Assembly: GCA_035776735.1 (NCBI GenBank)
Contig: DASSSO010000033.1
Location: 582-64,581, forward strand
DNA: 64,000 nucleotides
From: Gaiellaceae bacterium
Lineage (GTDB): Bacteria; Actinomycetota; Thermoleophilia; Gaiellales; Gaiellaceae
Reading direction: 5' to 3'
Shown here: piece by piece, positions 19,284 to 29,000 of the stretch
Layout of the letters: each line of letters starts with the position of its first letter
How positions within the stretch are numbered: the first letter of the stretch is position 1
Notes under the pieces: generated by a model
Seen by the model: only the letters and a program-made list of their open reading frames with translations
What the model was told of the DNA's origin: nothing
The model's database searches: none
Translations under genes and position numbers: made by a program

Positions 19284-20464
19284 AGCAGGTCTTCCCGCCG
19301 TCCATCACCGGCGTCGAGGGCGCTGAGCCTGCCGGCAGCGTGCTCGACCACAAGTTCGGGCAGGGCGAGCAGTACACGCTCGGCGTCGAGGAGGAGTACA
19401 TGCTCCTCGACGCCGAGAGCTTCGACCTCGTCCAACGGGTCGACACGATCCTCGCCGCGTTCGTGGGCCACGAGGAGGAGGCGCGGATGAAGCCGGAGCT
19501 CATGCAGTCGACGCTCGAGGTCGCGACGCCCGTCTGCCGGAACGCCGGCGAGGCGGACCACGCGCTCCGTCGCCTGCGCTCGGCCGTGAGGGACAGCGCC
19601 ACGGCGAACGGGCTTCGCATGGGCTCGGCTGGAACGCACCCGTTCAGCCTCTTCGAGCGGCAGCGGATCACGGCGCGGGACCGGTACCGGACGCTCGTCG
19701 ACCAGATGCAGTACGTCGCCCGCCGCGAGCTGATCTTCGGGCTCCACGTGCACGTCGCGGTGGACCACCCGGACAAGGCGATCCACGTCGTGAACGGGGT
19801 CCTGAACGACCTGCCGCTGCTGCTCGCCCTGTCCGCGAGCTCGCCCTTCTGGCGCGGCGAGCCGACCGGGCTCGCGTCGACGCGCCAGCCGATCTTCGCG
19901 GCCTTCCCGCGCTCTGGCCCGCCGCCGCGCTTTCGCGACTACGCCGAGTACGCCGAGGTCGTGGGGCAGCTCGAGAAGACCGGCTGCATCGCGGACTACA
20001 CACACATCTGGTGGGACATCCGCCCGCACCCGCGGCTCGGGACGGTCGAGATCCGAATCTGCGACTGCGTGACGCGCGTCGAGGACGCTGTCGCGATCGC
20101 GGCGCTCTGCCAGGCGCTCGTGAAGTACTACTGCGAGCTCGCGGAGAGCGACGGCGTCCCCAGCTACCACCGCGTCCTGACCACCGAGAACAAGTGGCTC
20201 GCGGTCCGGTACGGGCTGGAGGCGCCGGTGATGGACCTGCGGACCGGAAACCGGAACCGGGTGCCCGTGGCCCAACTCGCGCGCAAGCGGCTCGCCGATT
20301 TGGAGCCGCACGCGCGGGAGCTCGGCTCGGAGCGCGAGCTCGAGGGCATCCGAGACATCCTCCGTCGCGGCAACGGCGCCGACCGCCAGCTGCGCGTCTA
20401 CAACGCGAACCGCGACATCGTCGAGGTGGCGCGGGAGATCGCCGAGGCCACGGAAACCATCTAG
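19280..20464 (+). CDS. ybdK: carboxylate-amine ligase, YbdK/GCS2 family
   Basis: YTLGVEEEYMLLD, STLEVATPVC, GTHPF, LIFGLHVHV, SSPFW and IWWDIRPHPRLGTVEIRICD. The start overlaps the RidA stop (GTGA). Confidence 0.85.
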   Translation: MKQVFPPSITGVEGAEPAGSVLDHKFGQGEQYTLGVEEEYMLLDAESFDLVQRVDTILAAFVGHEEEARMKPELMQSTLEVATPVCRNAGEADHALRRLRSAVRDSATANGLRMGSAGTHPFSLFERQRITARDRYRTLVDQMQYVARRELIFGLHVHVAVDHPDKAIHVVNGVLNDLPLLLALSASSPFWRGEPTGLASTRQPIFAAFPRSGPPPRFRDYAEYAEVVGQLEKTGCIADYTHIWWDIRPHPRLGTVEIRICDCVTRVEDAVAIAALCQALVKYYCELAESDGVPSYHRVLTTENKWLAVRYGLEAPVMDLRTGNRNRVPVAQLARKRLADLEPHARELGSERELEGIRDILRRGNGADRQLRVYNANRDIVEVAREIAEATETI

Positions 20465-20622
20465 GAGGGGCTCGGCGCCGGGTCGGGGCAGGCCTCTTCC
20501 CCGGCAGGATGAATCAGACTCCGTCCATGAGGCCTCGATTCGCCAGGGACCTCGGCGAGCCCGATCCGCGTACATCGGGCGATGGACCTCTGCGGCGGAG
20601 CCGCTCGTATAGCAGGCGCGCC

Positions 20623-21165
20623 ATGGCCGCGCTTCAAGCCGACGAGCGCGCCTGGATCCGGGGCGCCCAGACGGGCTCGCTGCCCGACCTCGAGGCGCTG
20701 TTCCGCGACCACTGGCCACGCGCATACCGCACCGCCTATCTCGTCGTCCACGACGGCGCGGCTGCGGAGGACATCGCGCAGGAGTCCTTCCTGGCGGCGA
20801 TCCGGACGCTCGACCGGTTCGACCGCCGCCGGCCGTTCGGGCCCTGGCTGCACCGGATCGTCGTCAACCGGGCGATCGACTGGGCCCGCGCGAGGACGCT
20901 GCGGGCGGAGGTCGGCGAGCCCGCGCTCGAGCTCGCTGTGGACGCTCCGCCGGAAGGCGCGCCCTACTCGCAGCCGGTGCTCGCGGCGCTCGGCGAGCTC
21001 TCGCCGGAGCACCGGGCGGTGATCGTGCTCCGCCACCTGCTCGAGTACACGCCGGGCGAGATCGCGCGGATGCTCGACCTTCCGCGCGGAACCGTGAACT
21101 CGCGGCTGCGGCGCGGGCTGGACGAGCTGGCGGACCTGCTCGAGGTCGACGAGGACACGCTGTGA
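20623..21165 (+). CDS. ECF-type RNA polymerase sigma factor
   Basis: Region 2 (AEDIAQESFLAAIRTLDRFD...PFGPWLHRIVVNRAIDWAR) and region 4 (EHRAVIVLRHLLEYTPGEIARMLDLPRGTVNSRLRRG). Confidence 0.85.
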   Translation: MAALQADERAWIRGAQTGSLPDLEALFRDHWPRAYRTAYLVVHDGAAAEDIAQESFLAAIRTLDRFDRRRPFGPWLHRIVVNRAIDWARARTLRAEVGEPALELAVDAPPEGAPYSQPVLAALGELSPEHRAVIVLRHLLEYTPGEIARMLDLPRGTVNSRLRRGLDELADLLEVDEDTL

Positions 21166-22349
21166 ACGAGCGCGAGCTCCGCAGGGCCCTGCTCGGCATC
21201 CAGCCGCCCGACGAGCTCGGCGCGCAGCGCCGCTCGTGGCAGCTGGCGCGCGCGGCCTTCGACGACCGGGAGCCGGCGCCCTGGCCCAGGCGCCACGCGC
21301 GCGCGCTCGTCGCCGCCGCGGCCGGGATCGCGCTGGTGGCCGCGGTGCTCAGCCCGCCGGGCCGGGCGAGGATCGACGACGTCCGGGAGGCGATCGGGAC
21401 GGAGAAGGTCGTAGGCGTCTCCCCGGCGAGACCGGCGCTCTTCTCGCTGCCGGCGGCCGGCCGACTGCTCGTCGTCGCGCCGACGGGCGCCTGGGTCCTC
21501 GACGCCGACGGGTCCAAGCGCCGGCTCGGCGACTACGACCAGGCCTCGTGGTCGCCGAACGGGCTCCACGTGGTCGCCTCGACGCGGAGCCAGCTCGTCG
21601 CCGTCCGCCCGAGCGGCGAGGTGCGCTGGACGCTGGCCCGGCCGCGAGTCCACGACGCCCGCTGGTCGCCGAGCGGGTTCCGGATCGCGTACCTGAGCGG
21701 CTCGAACCTCCGGCTCGTCGCCGGCGACAGGACGGGCGACCGGCGGGTCGACGGCGCCTCGACCGTTGCGCCGGCCTGGCGGCCGGGGCAGCAGCACGTC
21801 CTCGCCTACGTCACCCCGGCCGGGCGGCTCAGGGTCGTCGACACGGACGCCGACCGAACGGTCTGGAGCGCGCCGGTGCGGGCGGTTCCGGCCCACGTCG
21901 AGTGGTCCGCGGACGGAACCCGGCTCCTCGCCGTCGTCCCGCTCTCGCCGAGCCGGTTCGCGCTGACCGTGTACGACGCGTCCGGCCGCCGGCTGCAGTC
22001 GCTCCCGCTGCCCGGTGCGTTCCGGGATGCCGCCTTCGCGCCCGAGGGCCACCGGCTCGCGCTCGCCCGGAGCCACGAGGAGCGGAGCGAGCTGCTCATC
22101 GTCGACGCCGACCTGCTGCGGCAGCAGGAGCCCGTCTTCCAAGGCAAGGGTGTCTTCAGCGACGTCACCTGGGCGCCGGGTGGACGCTGGCTCCTGCTCG
22201 GCTGGGAGAGCGCCGACCAGTGGCTCTTCGTCCGCTCGACGGACGTCGAGAAGATCAAGGCGGTCTCGAGCCTCGCCGTGCAGTTCGACCCGGGCGGGGA
22301 CGGCGCAGGCGAGTTCCCGCGGGTCGAAGGCTGGTGCTGCGCACAGTAG
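21162..22349 (+). CDS. probable anti-sigma factor: single TM segment plus extracytoplasmic TolB-like beta-propeller
   Basis: Its start overlaps the sigma gene stop (GTGA). TM segment ALVAAAAGIALVAAVL. Repeated WSP.G motifs (WSPNGLHVVAS, ARWSPSGFRIAYLSG, VEWSADGTRLLAV, FAPEGHRLALA, VTWAPGGRWLLLG). Confidence 0.65.
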   Translation: MNERELRRALLGIQPPDELGAQRRSWQLARAAFDDREPAPWPRRHARALVAAAAGIALVAAVLSPPGRARIDDVREAIGTEKVVGVSPARPALFSLPAAGRLLVVAPTGAWVLDADGSKRRLGDYDQASWSPNGLHVVASTRSQLVAVRPSGEVRWTLARPRVHDARWSPSGFRIAYLSGSNLRLVAGDRTGDRRVDGASTVAPAWRPGQQHVLAYVTPAGRLRVVDTDADRTVWSAPVRAVPAHVEWSADGTRLLAVVPLSPSRFALTVYDASGRRLQSLPLPGAFRDAAFAPEGHRLALARSHEERSELLIVDADLLRQQEPVFQGKGVFSDVTWAPGGRWLLLGWESADQWLFVRSTDVEKIKAVSSLAVQFDPGGDGAGEFPRVEGWCCAQ

Positions 22350-22359
22350 GCTCCGGACG

Positions 22360-22830
22360 GTGCTGGCGGCCGGCGACCGCATTCCCGACGTGCAGGTGTG
22401 GCTCGCGCCCAGAGAGGGCGTCTCGCTTCACGACCTCGTCTCCGAGGGCCCGATCCTCCTCCTCTTCTACCTCTTCGACTGGTCGGGCACCTGAACGAAC
22501 GAGATGGAGCTCCTGCGTGACAGGAGCCGGGAGTTCGAGGAGGCGGGAGTCCGGATCATGGCGGCGTCGCGCGACTCCGCCTGGTCGCACGTGGCCTGGA
22601 TCCAGGCGCTCGACCTGACCTTCCCGCTGCTCTCGGACTGGAACGGCGACGCGGTTCGCGGCTTCGGGGTCGCGCAGGACTACCGGGGGATGAGCGACGT
22701 CGCCCAGCGGTCCGCGTTCCTCGTCGACACCGGCGGTACGGTCCGCGGCGCATGGGCCTACGAGGACGGCGACGTTCCGGACGTGGACGAGCTGCTCGCG
22801 GCCGCGCGGGCCTTGTCGGCCTCGTCCTAG
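22360..22830 (+). CDS. Bcp/AhpC-TSA-type peroxiredoxin with in-frame UGA (22492-22494) at the peroxidatic Cys position; probable selenocysteine
   Basis: Track ORFs 22015..22494 and 22504..22830 share one frame. The joined product is ...PILLLFYLFDWSGT-U-TNEMELLRDRSREFEEAGVRIMAASRDSAWSHVAWIQALDLTFPLLSDWNGDAVRGFGV...RSAFLVDTGGTVR, a full Prx fold signature. GTG 22360 is a tentative start. Confidence 0.6.
22496..22537 (+). promoter_or_regulatory. candidate bacterial SECIS hairpin downstream of UGA 22492-22494
   Basis: Lower stem cgaac (22496-22500)/gttcg (22533-22537). Upper stem gctcctg (22509-22515)/caggagc (22521-22527). Apical loop CGUGA starts 21 nt after the UGA and contains GU. Confidence 0.45.
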
Positions 22831-24320
22831 TCCTCTACCTCGGCGCCGGCCTCGTCTCGACGTGGCCCGCGCTCCGCGACGCGCGCGCGGACTTCCTCGC
22901 GGAGGGGTTGCCCGGGCGTCCAGGGGCGGCGCAGCCCGGCGACCACCTGCAGACGGCCTGGCAGCTCTGGCTTCCCGGGCACCAGCTCCGGCGAGGAGAA
23001 GCGCCGTGGCTCGACCCGTACAGCTTCCAGCCCCAGGTCGACCCGCGGGTCAACTTCGCCGGCTGGCCGTTCGGCGCCGTCTTCGGGCCGCTGAAGGGCC
23101 TGCTCGGCGTGGTCGCCGCCTGGAACGTCTTCGTGCTGCTCGGCTACCTCGGCTGCGGCGCGCTGGCGTTCCTGTGGCTGCGCTCGATCGGGCTCGGCGT
23201 CGGGGCGGCGCTCGTGGGAGGTCTCGTCTTCGCGCTCGCGCCGTACCGTGCCGTGCAGGCGGGCGCCGGCCACCTCCTCGCCTGGATCTCGATGTTCCTG
23301 CCGCTCTCGCTCTGGGCCTGGGAGCGGCGCTGGTACTGGCTCACCGCAGCGGCTCTCGCGTCGATTCCGCTGTCGGGCCAGGTGCATCTCGCCCTCGGCG
23401 CGATTCCGTTCGTCACCGCGTACGCGCTGTTGCGGGGCGGCGACCGGCGCTGGGCCGGCGGGGCGGCGGCCGGCGCCGTCGGCGCCGGTCTCTTGGTCTG
23501 GGCGCTCTCGATCCGGGGCTCGATCGGGACCTCCCGCTCCTTCGCCTCGGTCGAGCGCTACTCGGCCGAGCTCGCGGACTTCGTCTCGCGCGACCCGCGC
23601 CACGGCCTCGAGCCGTTCGTCTTCGTCGGCTGGCTCGTGCCGCTCCTGGCGCTCCTGGGGCTTGTGTTTCATGTGACGAGGCTCACCGTCTTCCTCGCCT
23701 GCTCGGCGCTCGCCGCCTGCCTCCTGGCGCTCGGAGCCAATCTTCCGGGCTACGAGACGGCGTGGGAGGCCCTGCCCGGGCTGGGGAGCACCCGCGTCCC
23801 GGGGAGGCTGATGCCGATCGCCTGCCTGGCGATCGCCGCCCTTGCCGCGTTCGGCGCGCAGGAAACGGCTCGTCACATGAAACACAAGCTCGCGGGGGCC
23901 GCCGTCGCCGCAGTGGTGCTCGCGCTCGTCGCGATCGACCTGCGGATCGATGTGACCGCCTACCGGCCGACGGCCGCGGACGAGGGGAACCGGGCCTACG
24001 CGGCACTCGGGCAGCAGGGCGGCGGCCGACTGCTCGAGATGCCGGTGCACACGCCGGACCGCCACGAGGGGAGCGTCTACCTCTACTACGCGATGCAGGC
24101 GCCGCGCGAGCGCCCGGCCGGCTACTCGACCGTCGCACCGAGGGAGGCGGCCCGCGTCCTACGCGAGCTGCAGCCCTGCGCGGACGCGCGGCATCTCGCC
24201 GAGCTCGGCGTCCGGTACCTCGCCGTCCACGGACGCCCGCGCTGCGGCGTCGGCGGCCGGCTGCTCGCCCGCGACGGGCCCGTCGCGCTCTACGAGGCCT
24301 ACATCCCCGTAGGCTGGTAG
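22752..24320 (+). CDS. large polytopic membrane protein (possibly GT-C-like glycosyltransferase; function unknown)
   Basis: More than 10 hydrophobic segments. ATG 22752 is the only canonical start before the first TM segment, giving a 79-nt overlap with the peroxiredoxin gene. The family assignment is only a guess from architecture. Confidence 0.6.
   Translation: MGLRGRRRSGRGRAARGRAGLVGLVLVLYLGAGLVSTWPALRDARADFLAEGLPGRPGAAQPGDHLQTAWQLWLPGHQLRRGEAPWLDPYSFQPQVDPRVNFAGWPFGAVFGPLKGLLGVVAAWNVFVLLGYLGCGALAFLWLRSIGLGVGAALVGGLVFALAPYRAVQAGAGHLLAWISMFLPLSLWAWERRWYWLTAAALASIPLSGQVHLALGAIPFVTAYALLRGGDRRWAGGAAAGAVGAGLLVWALSIRGSIGTSRSFASVERYSAELADFVSRDPRHGLEPFVFVGWLVPLLALLGLVFHVTRLTVFLACSALAACLLALGANLPGYETAWEALPGLGSTRVPGRLMPIACLAIAALAAFGAQETARHMKHKLAGAAVAAVVLALVAIDLRIDVTAYRPTAADEGNRAYAALGQQGGGRLLEMPVHTPDRHEGSVYLYYAMQAPRERPAGYSTVAPREAARVLRELQPCADARHLAELGVRYLAVHGRPRCGVGGRLLARDGPVALYEAYIPVGW
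23660..23680. repeat. left arm of a perfect 21-bp inverted repeat inside the membrane-protein CDS
   Basis: gcttgtgtttcatgtgacgag, markedly AT-richer than its surroundings. Exact reverse complement of 23869-23889. Confidence 0.9.
23869..23889. repeat. right arm of the perfect 21-bp inverted repeat
   Basis: ctcgtcacatgaaacacaagc. A 188-nt spacer separates it from the left arm. Confidence 0.9.
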
Positions 24321-24322
24321 CC

Positions 24323-24634
24323 GTGGAGCTGGAGAGCTACACGTTCGTCCTCCTCCGGCGGGGCCCCCGAGCGGACGAGTTCGGCGAGAGCGAGCTGGCG
24401 GAGCTCCAGGCCGGGCATCTCGCGTTCCTCGATCGGATGCGGAACGAGGGCCACCTGCGGCTCTCGGGGCCCTTCCGAGGCCAGGAGGACGAGACGAAGC
24501 GCGGTTTCTGCCTCTACCGGACGAGCGTGGACGAGACGAGGCGGCTGATCGCCGAGGGCGATCCGTCGGTGCGCGCCGGCCGGATGGCGGTCGAGGCGAT
24601 GACATGGCTGACGCCGAAGGGAGCGTTCGGCTGA
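24323..24634 (+). CDS. YciI-like family protein
   Basis: GTG start 3 nt after the upstream TAG. YTFVLLRRGP......EL..LQAGHLAFL..M...G.L.LSGPF fits the YCII-related domain. Confidence 0.65.
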   Translation: MELESYTFVLLRRGPRADEFGESELAELQAGHLAFLDRMRNEGHLRLSGPFRGQEDETKRGFCLYRTSVDETRRLIAEGDPSVRAGRMAVEAMTWLTPKGAFG

Positions 24635-25263
24635 GTGACGACCGGCTCGTGCGGGGCGACGACGGCGTCACCCGCTGCTTCTGGGGCGCCTCGCCGCCGG
24701 AGTACCAGGCGTACCACGACGCCGAGTGGGGCTTCCCCGTCGACGACGACCGGCGCCTGTTCGAGAAGCTCGTCCTCGAGGGCTTCCAGTCCGGGCTCTC
24801 CTGGCTGACGATCCTCCGCAAGCGCGAGAACTTCCGCAACGCCTTCGCCGGTTTCGACTTCGAGCAGATGGCGCGGTTCGGCGAAAAGGACGTCGAGCGG
24901 CTGCTCGGCGACGCCGGGATCGTCCGACACCGCGGGAAGATCGAGGCTGCGATCAACAACGCGCAGCGGGCGGTCGAGCTCGTCGCCGAGGAGGGCTCGC
25001 TGGCCACCTACGTCTGGCGCTTCGAGCCCGACCCGAAGTCTCGGCCGAAGCGGCCCACCTGGGACGAGCTGCTGGAGCTGGCCGAGACGCCGGAGTCCCG
25101 CGCGCTCGCGAAGGATCTGAAGCGCCGCGGCTGGCGCTTCGTCGGCCCGACGACGGTTTATGCCTTCATGCAGGCGATGGGCCTCGTCAACGACCACTTG
25201 CACGGCTGCGACGCGCGCGAGCACGCCGAGCTGGCGCGGGCCGAGTTCGACCGCCCGGCCTAG
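24604..25263 (+). CDS. tag: DNA-3-methyladenine glycosylase I
   Basis: RCFWG....Y..YHD.EWG.P, LFE.L.LEGFQSGLSWLTIL.KRE.FR.AF, GIVRHR.KI and FVGPTT.YAFMQA.G.VNDH. Confidence 0.9.
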   Translation: MADAEGSVRLSDDRLVRGDDGVTRCFWGASPPEYQAYHDAEWGFPVDDDRRLFEKLVLEGFQSGLSWLTILRKRENFRNAFAGFDFEQMARFGEKDVERLLGDAGIVRHRGKIEAAINNAQRAVELVAEEGSLATYVWRFEPDPKSRPKRPTWDELLELAETPESRALAKDLKRRGWRFVGPTTVYAFMQAMGLVNDHLHGCDAREHAELARAEFDRPA

Positions 25264-26043
25264 CTACATGCCCATCGAGTGGTAGCCGCTGTCGACGTAC
25301 AGCGTCGTCGCCGTCACGTTGTCCGCCTCGTCCGAGAGCAGGTACGCGGCCGCGGCGCCCACGTCGTCCGCGTCGATCGGCCGGTGGAGCGGCGAGCGCT
25401 CCTCGACGATCGACTCCATCGTCGGAAAGCCGGCGATCGAGCGGGCGGCCAGCGTGCGCACCGGGCCGGCGGAGATCGCGTTCACGCGGATGTTCTTCTG
25501 CCCGAGGTCCCAGGCCAGGTACTGGACGGACGAGTCGAGCGCGGACTTGGCCACGCCCATGACGTTGTAGTGCGGCACCGCCCGCTGCCCGCCGAGGTAC
25601 GTCATGGTCAGGATCGAGCCGCCCCCGGCCGCCTCCATCAGCGGCTCCGCCGCGCGTGCGAGGGCGACGAGCGAATAGGCGCTCACGTCAAGAGCCATCC
25701 AGAACCGGTCGCGCGGCGTATCGGTGAAGCGGCCCTCGAGATCCTCGGCGGCCGCGAAGGCGACCGAGTGGACGAGGAGGTCGAGCCCGCCGTCGAACGT
25801 CTCCCCCACGTCGCGCAAGACGCGGTCGACGTCCTCGTCCGACCGGACGTCGCACGCGGTGACAAGCGGGCTGGAGACCGACTCGGCGAGCTCGCGGACG
25901 TTCTTCTCGATCCGCTCGCCCTGGTAGGTGAAGGCGAGCTGCGCACCCTCCTCGGCCAACCTGCGGCCGATCGCCCACGCGATCGAGCGCTTGTTCGCGA
26001 CACCGGTGACGAGCCCGCGCTTGCCCTCGAATCTCCCAGGCAT
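25264..26043 (-). CDS. fabI: enoyl-[acyl-carrier-protein] reductase (NADH)
   Basis: GKRGLVTGVANKRSIAWAI, HSVAFA, Y..MGVAKSALD and IRVNAISAGPVRTLAA. Confidence 0.9.
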   Translation of the reverse strand: MPGRFEGKRGLVTGVANKRSIAWAIGRRLAEEGAQLAFTYQGERIEKNVRELAESVSSPLVTACDVRSDEDVDRVLRDVGETFDGGLDLLVHSVAFAAAEDLEGRFTDTPRDRFWMALDVSAYSLVALARAAEPLMEAAGGGSILTMTYLGGQRAVPHYNVMGVAKSALDSSVQYLAWDLGQKNIRVNAISAGPVRTLAARSIAGFPTMESIVEERSPLHRPIDADDVGAAAAYLLSDEADNVTATTLYVDSGYHSMGM

Positions 26044-26060
26044 CGAGGCGATCCTACGGT

Positions 26061-29000
26061 GTGACTACTCTGTACGTCTTGCGCCGCCAGCTCTTGCTCT
26101 TGGTCCCGATGGCGGCGCTTGCGCTCGCAGCGCCGGCCTCTGCCGCGCTCCGCCCGATCGAGCGGACGTTCGGCGACATCACGGTCCCGCGCGTCTCGAA
26201 GGGGACGCTCCGCGTCTCCGCGGCGCAGGGATCGGGGCGGATGACCGTGATCGCGACGCTGAGGCTCCCGCCGCTCGCGGCCGCGCGCGGCCCGGGCTTC
26301 TTCGCCACCCTCGGCCCGAGCCGGCTCGACACGGCCAGCGCATCGTCGCGCTCCTACCTCGCGCGCGTGCAGGCCGAGCAGGCCGCCGCGGCCCGCGCGA
26401 TCCGCACCGCCGTCCCCGGGGCGCGGCTCGTCCACCGGTTCCAGGTCGTGCTGAACGGGATCACCGTCGAGCTCCCGGTGGCGGACCTCCCGAAGCTCCA
26501 GGCGCTCAGCTCCGTCGCCCGCGTCTACCCGAGCGTGCGCCACTTCCTGAAGACGAACCGAAGCCCCGGCGTGATCGGCGCGACCGCGTTCACGGCGGGG
26601 ACGGGCGCGACCGGCGCCGGCGTCAAGATCGCGGTCGTCGACGACGGGATCGACCAGACGAACCCGTCCTTCAGCCCGGGCGGGTTCGCGTATCCGCCCG
26701 GCTTTCCGAAGGGGCAGACCGCCTACACGACGCCGAAGGTGATCGTGGCCCGCAGCTTCACCGCGCGCGGCTCCGGCACCCGCGGTCGCCTCCCCGTCGA
26801 CTCGCGCGTCTCCTTCCACGGGACCCACGTCGCGGGCATCGCCGCCGGCCGCGCCGGAACCGCCTCCCCGGGCGGCCGCGACCACCCCCCGACGGCGGGA
26901 CTGAGCGGCGTGGCGCCGAACGCCTGGATCGGGAACTATCGCGTCTTCAACGTCCCGACCCCGGCCGGGCACATCTCGACGACGGGACAGACCGTCGCCG
27001 CCTTCGAGCAGGCCGTCCGCGACGGAATGGACGTCATCAACTACTCCGGCGGCTCGCCCGCGATCGACCCGCGCACGGACGCGATGATGGAGACGGTCGC
27101 GAACGTCACGCGCGCCGGTGTCGTCGTCGTCGCCTCCGCCGGGAACGACCGCGACGACTTCGGCCTCGGCTCGACCGGCTCGCCGTCCACCTCGCCGGAG
27201 GCGATCGGCGTCGCGGCCACGTCCAACACGCACGTGTTCGCGCCTGCACTCGCCGTCAGCGATCCCGGCGCCCCGGCGTCCGTCCGGCGGATCCCGTTCA
27301 AGCCGGACGCCCTCGGCGCGCCCTCGTCCTGGGGGCAGACCGACCGGTCGCTCGTCGACGTCGGCTCGATCACAGGGACGAACGGCCAGCCCGTACCGAC
27401 GCAGCTCTGCGGAATCGGGCGCGATCCCAACGCCGGAACCAACCCGCTGCCGCGCGGGTCGCTCGCCGGCTCGTTCGCGCTGATCTCCCGCGGCCGCTGC
27501 AGCATCTTCTCCAAGGCGGCCCGTGCGGCCGCGGCGGGCGCGGCGGGCCTCGTGATCGTCGACAACCGCTTCGGCGAGGCGAACCCGATCCCGCTCCTAG
27601 TCTCCGTGCGCGCCGGGATGATCTCCGACCTCGACGGCGCGAACTTGCGCGCGTACCTCGCGACGCGAGGAGGCCGCGCACCGATTCGCATCGGGCCGGG
27701 GGTCACCGAGATCGAGACCGGGCGGAGCGGGATCATCACGAGCTTCTCCGCCGGCGGCCCGACCGCATTCGGCCACAACCTGAAGCCGGACCTCGCCGCG
27801 CCGGGCGGCGAGATCCTCTCTGCGACCCTCCCCGGGTTCACGGGCGGCTCACGGTTCGCCAACTTCGACGGGACGAGCATGTCGGCGCCGCATGTCACCG
27901 GCGCGGTCGCGCTCCTCCGCGAACGGCACCGTGAGTGGACGGTGCGGCAGGTGAAGTCCGCGCTGATGTCGACTGCCGTTGCGGCGTGGGGCAACAGCGC
28001 GCGGACGCAGGAGGCCCCGGTGCTCCTGCAGGGCGCCGGCCTCGTCAACGTGCAGGCCGCCGACGACCCGAAGATCTTCGCGGAGCCCGGGTCGCTCTCA
28101 TTCGGAGACCTCAACCTGGTCGCCGCAGTCACCTCGAAGCAGCTCCTGCTCTCGATCCGGGACGCCGGCGGCGGCGGCGGCACGTGGACAGTCGAGCTCC
28201 GGCCGCAGTCCGCGTCGGCCGGCGCGACCATCGAGGTTCCTTCGAGCGTCACGATCCCGCCCGGAGGCGCGTCAGACGTCCAGGTGACCGCGCGCGCCGA
28301 CGGCGGGGCGCCGAAGGGCGACAACTACGGCTTCGTCGTACTCCGGCAGGGCGCCGTCACGCGCCGGGTGCCCTACGCGTTCTTCCTCACGCGGCCGGGG
28401 CTCGCGGGCGTCACCGCCCGTCCGCTCGCGCGCGTCCAGACCGGCACGACCGCGTCGGGAACGTCGTTCGCCGACCGCTACCGGTTCCCCGCGGCGCCCT
28501 TCGGCCACCCACCGGATTACGGCGCCGGCCCGGACATGGTGGAGGACGGCGCCGAGCGGCTGTACTCGATCCGGGTCCGGAACCGGGTCGTCAACGTCGG
28601 CGCGGCCGTGATCACCTCGTCGCCCAACTCGGCGATCGACCCGTTCTTCCTCGGCGCCAAGGACGAGAACGCGGTTCAGGGCTACGTCGGGACGCCGACG
28701 AACATCAACGGGCTGACGATCGGCTACGGGCTCGCGATCGGGGCGGCCGGCGCGGTCTTCGCCCCCCCGGGCACGTACTACGTCGCCGTGGACTCCGGCC
28801 GTGACGAGTTCACGAATCAGCGGCGGGCGGGCAGCTACCGCCTGCGCTCGTGGGTCAACGACATGCATCCGCCGTCGGTGCGGCTCCTGACGACCCGGGT
28901 CACGGCCGGCCGGCCGACGCTCGCGGTTCAGACGCTCGACCGCGGGGCGGGCGTCGACCCGTTCTCCCTGACCCTAGGCTACGGGCGCGTCCTGGTCGCG

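Noticed and set aside
20465-20622. An ECF-type promoter (GGAAC-like -35 and CGTC-like -10) upstream of the ECF sigma gene.
   Set aside because: GGATGAAT and CGTCC elements are present, but their spacing (about 7 nt) does not fit the 16-17-nt ECF spacer. I found no convincing alternative pairing.
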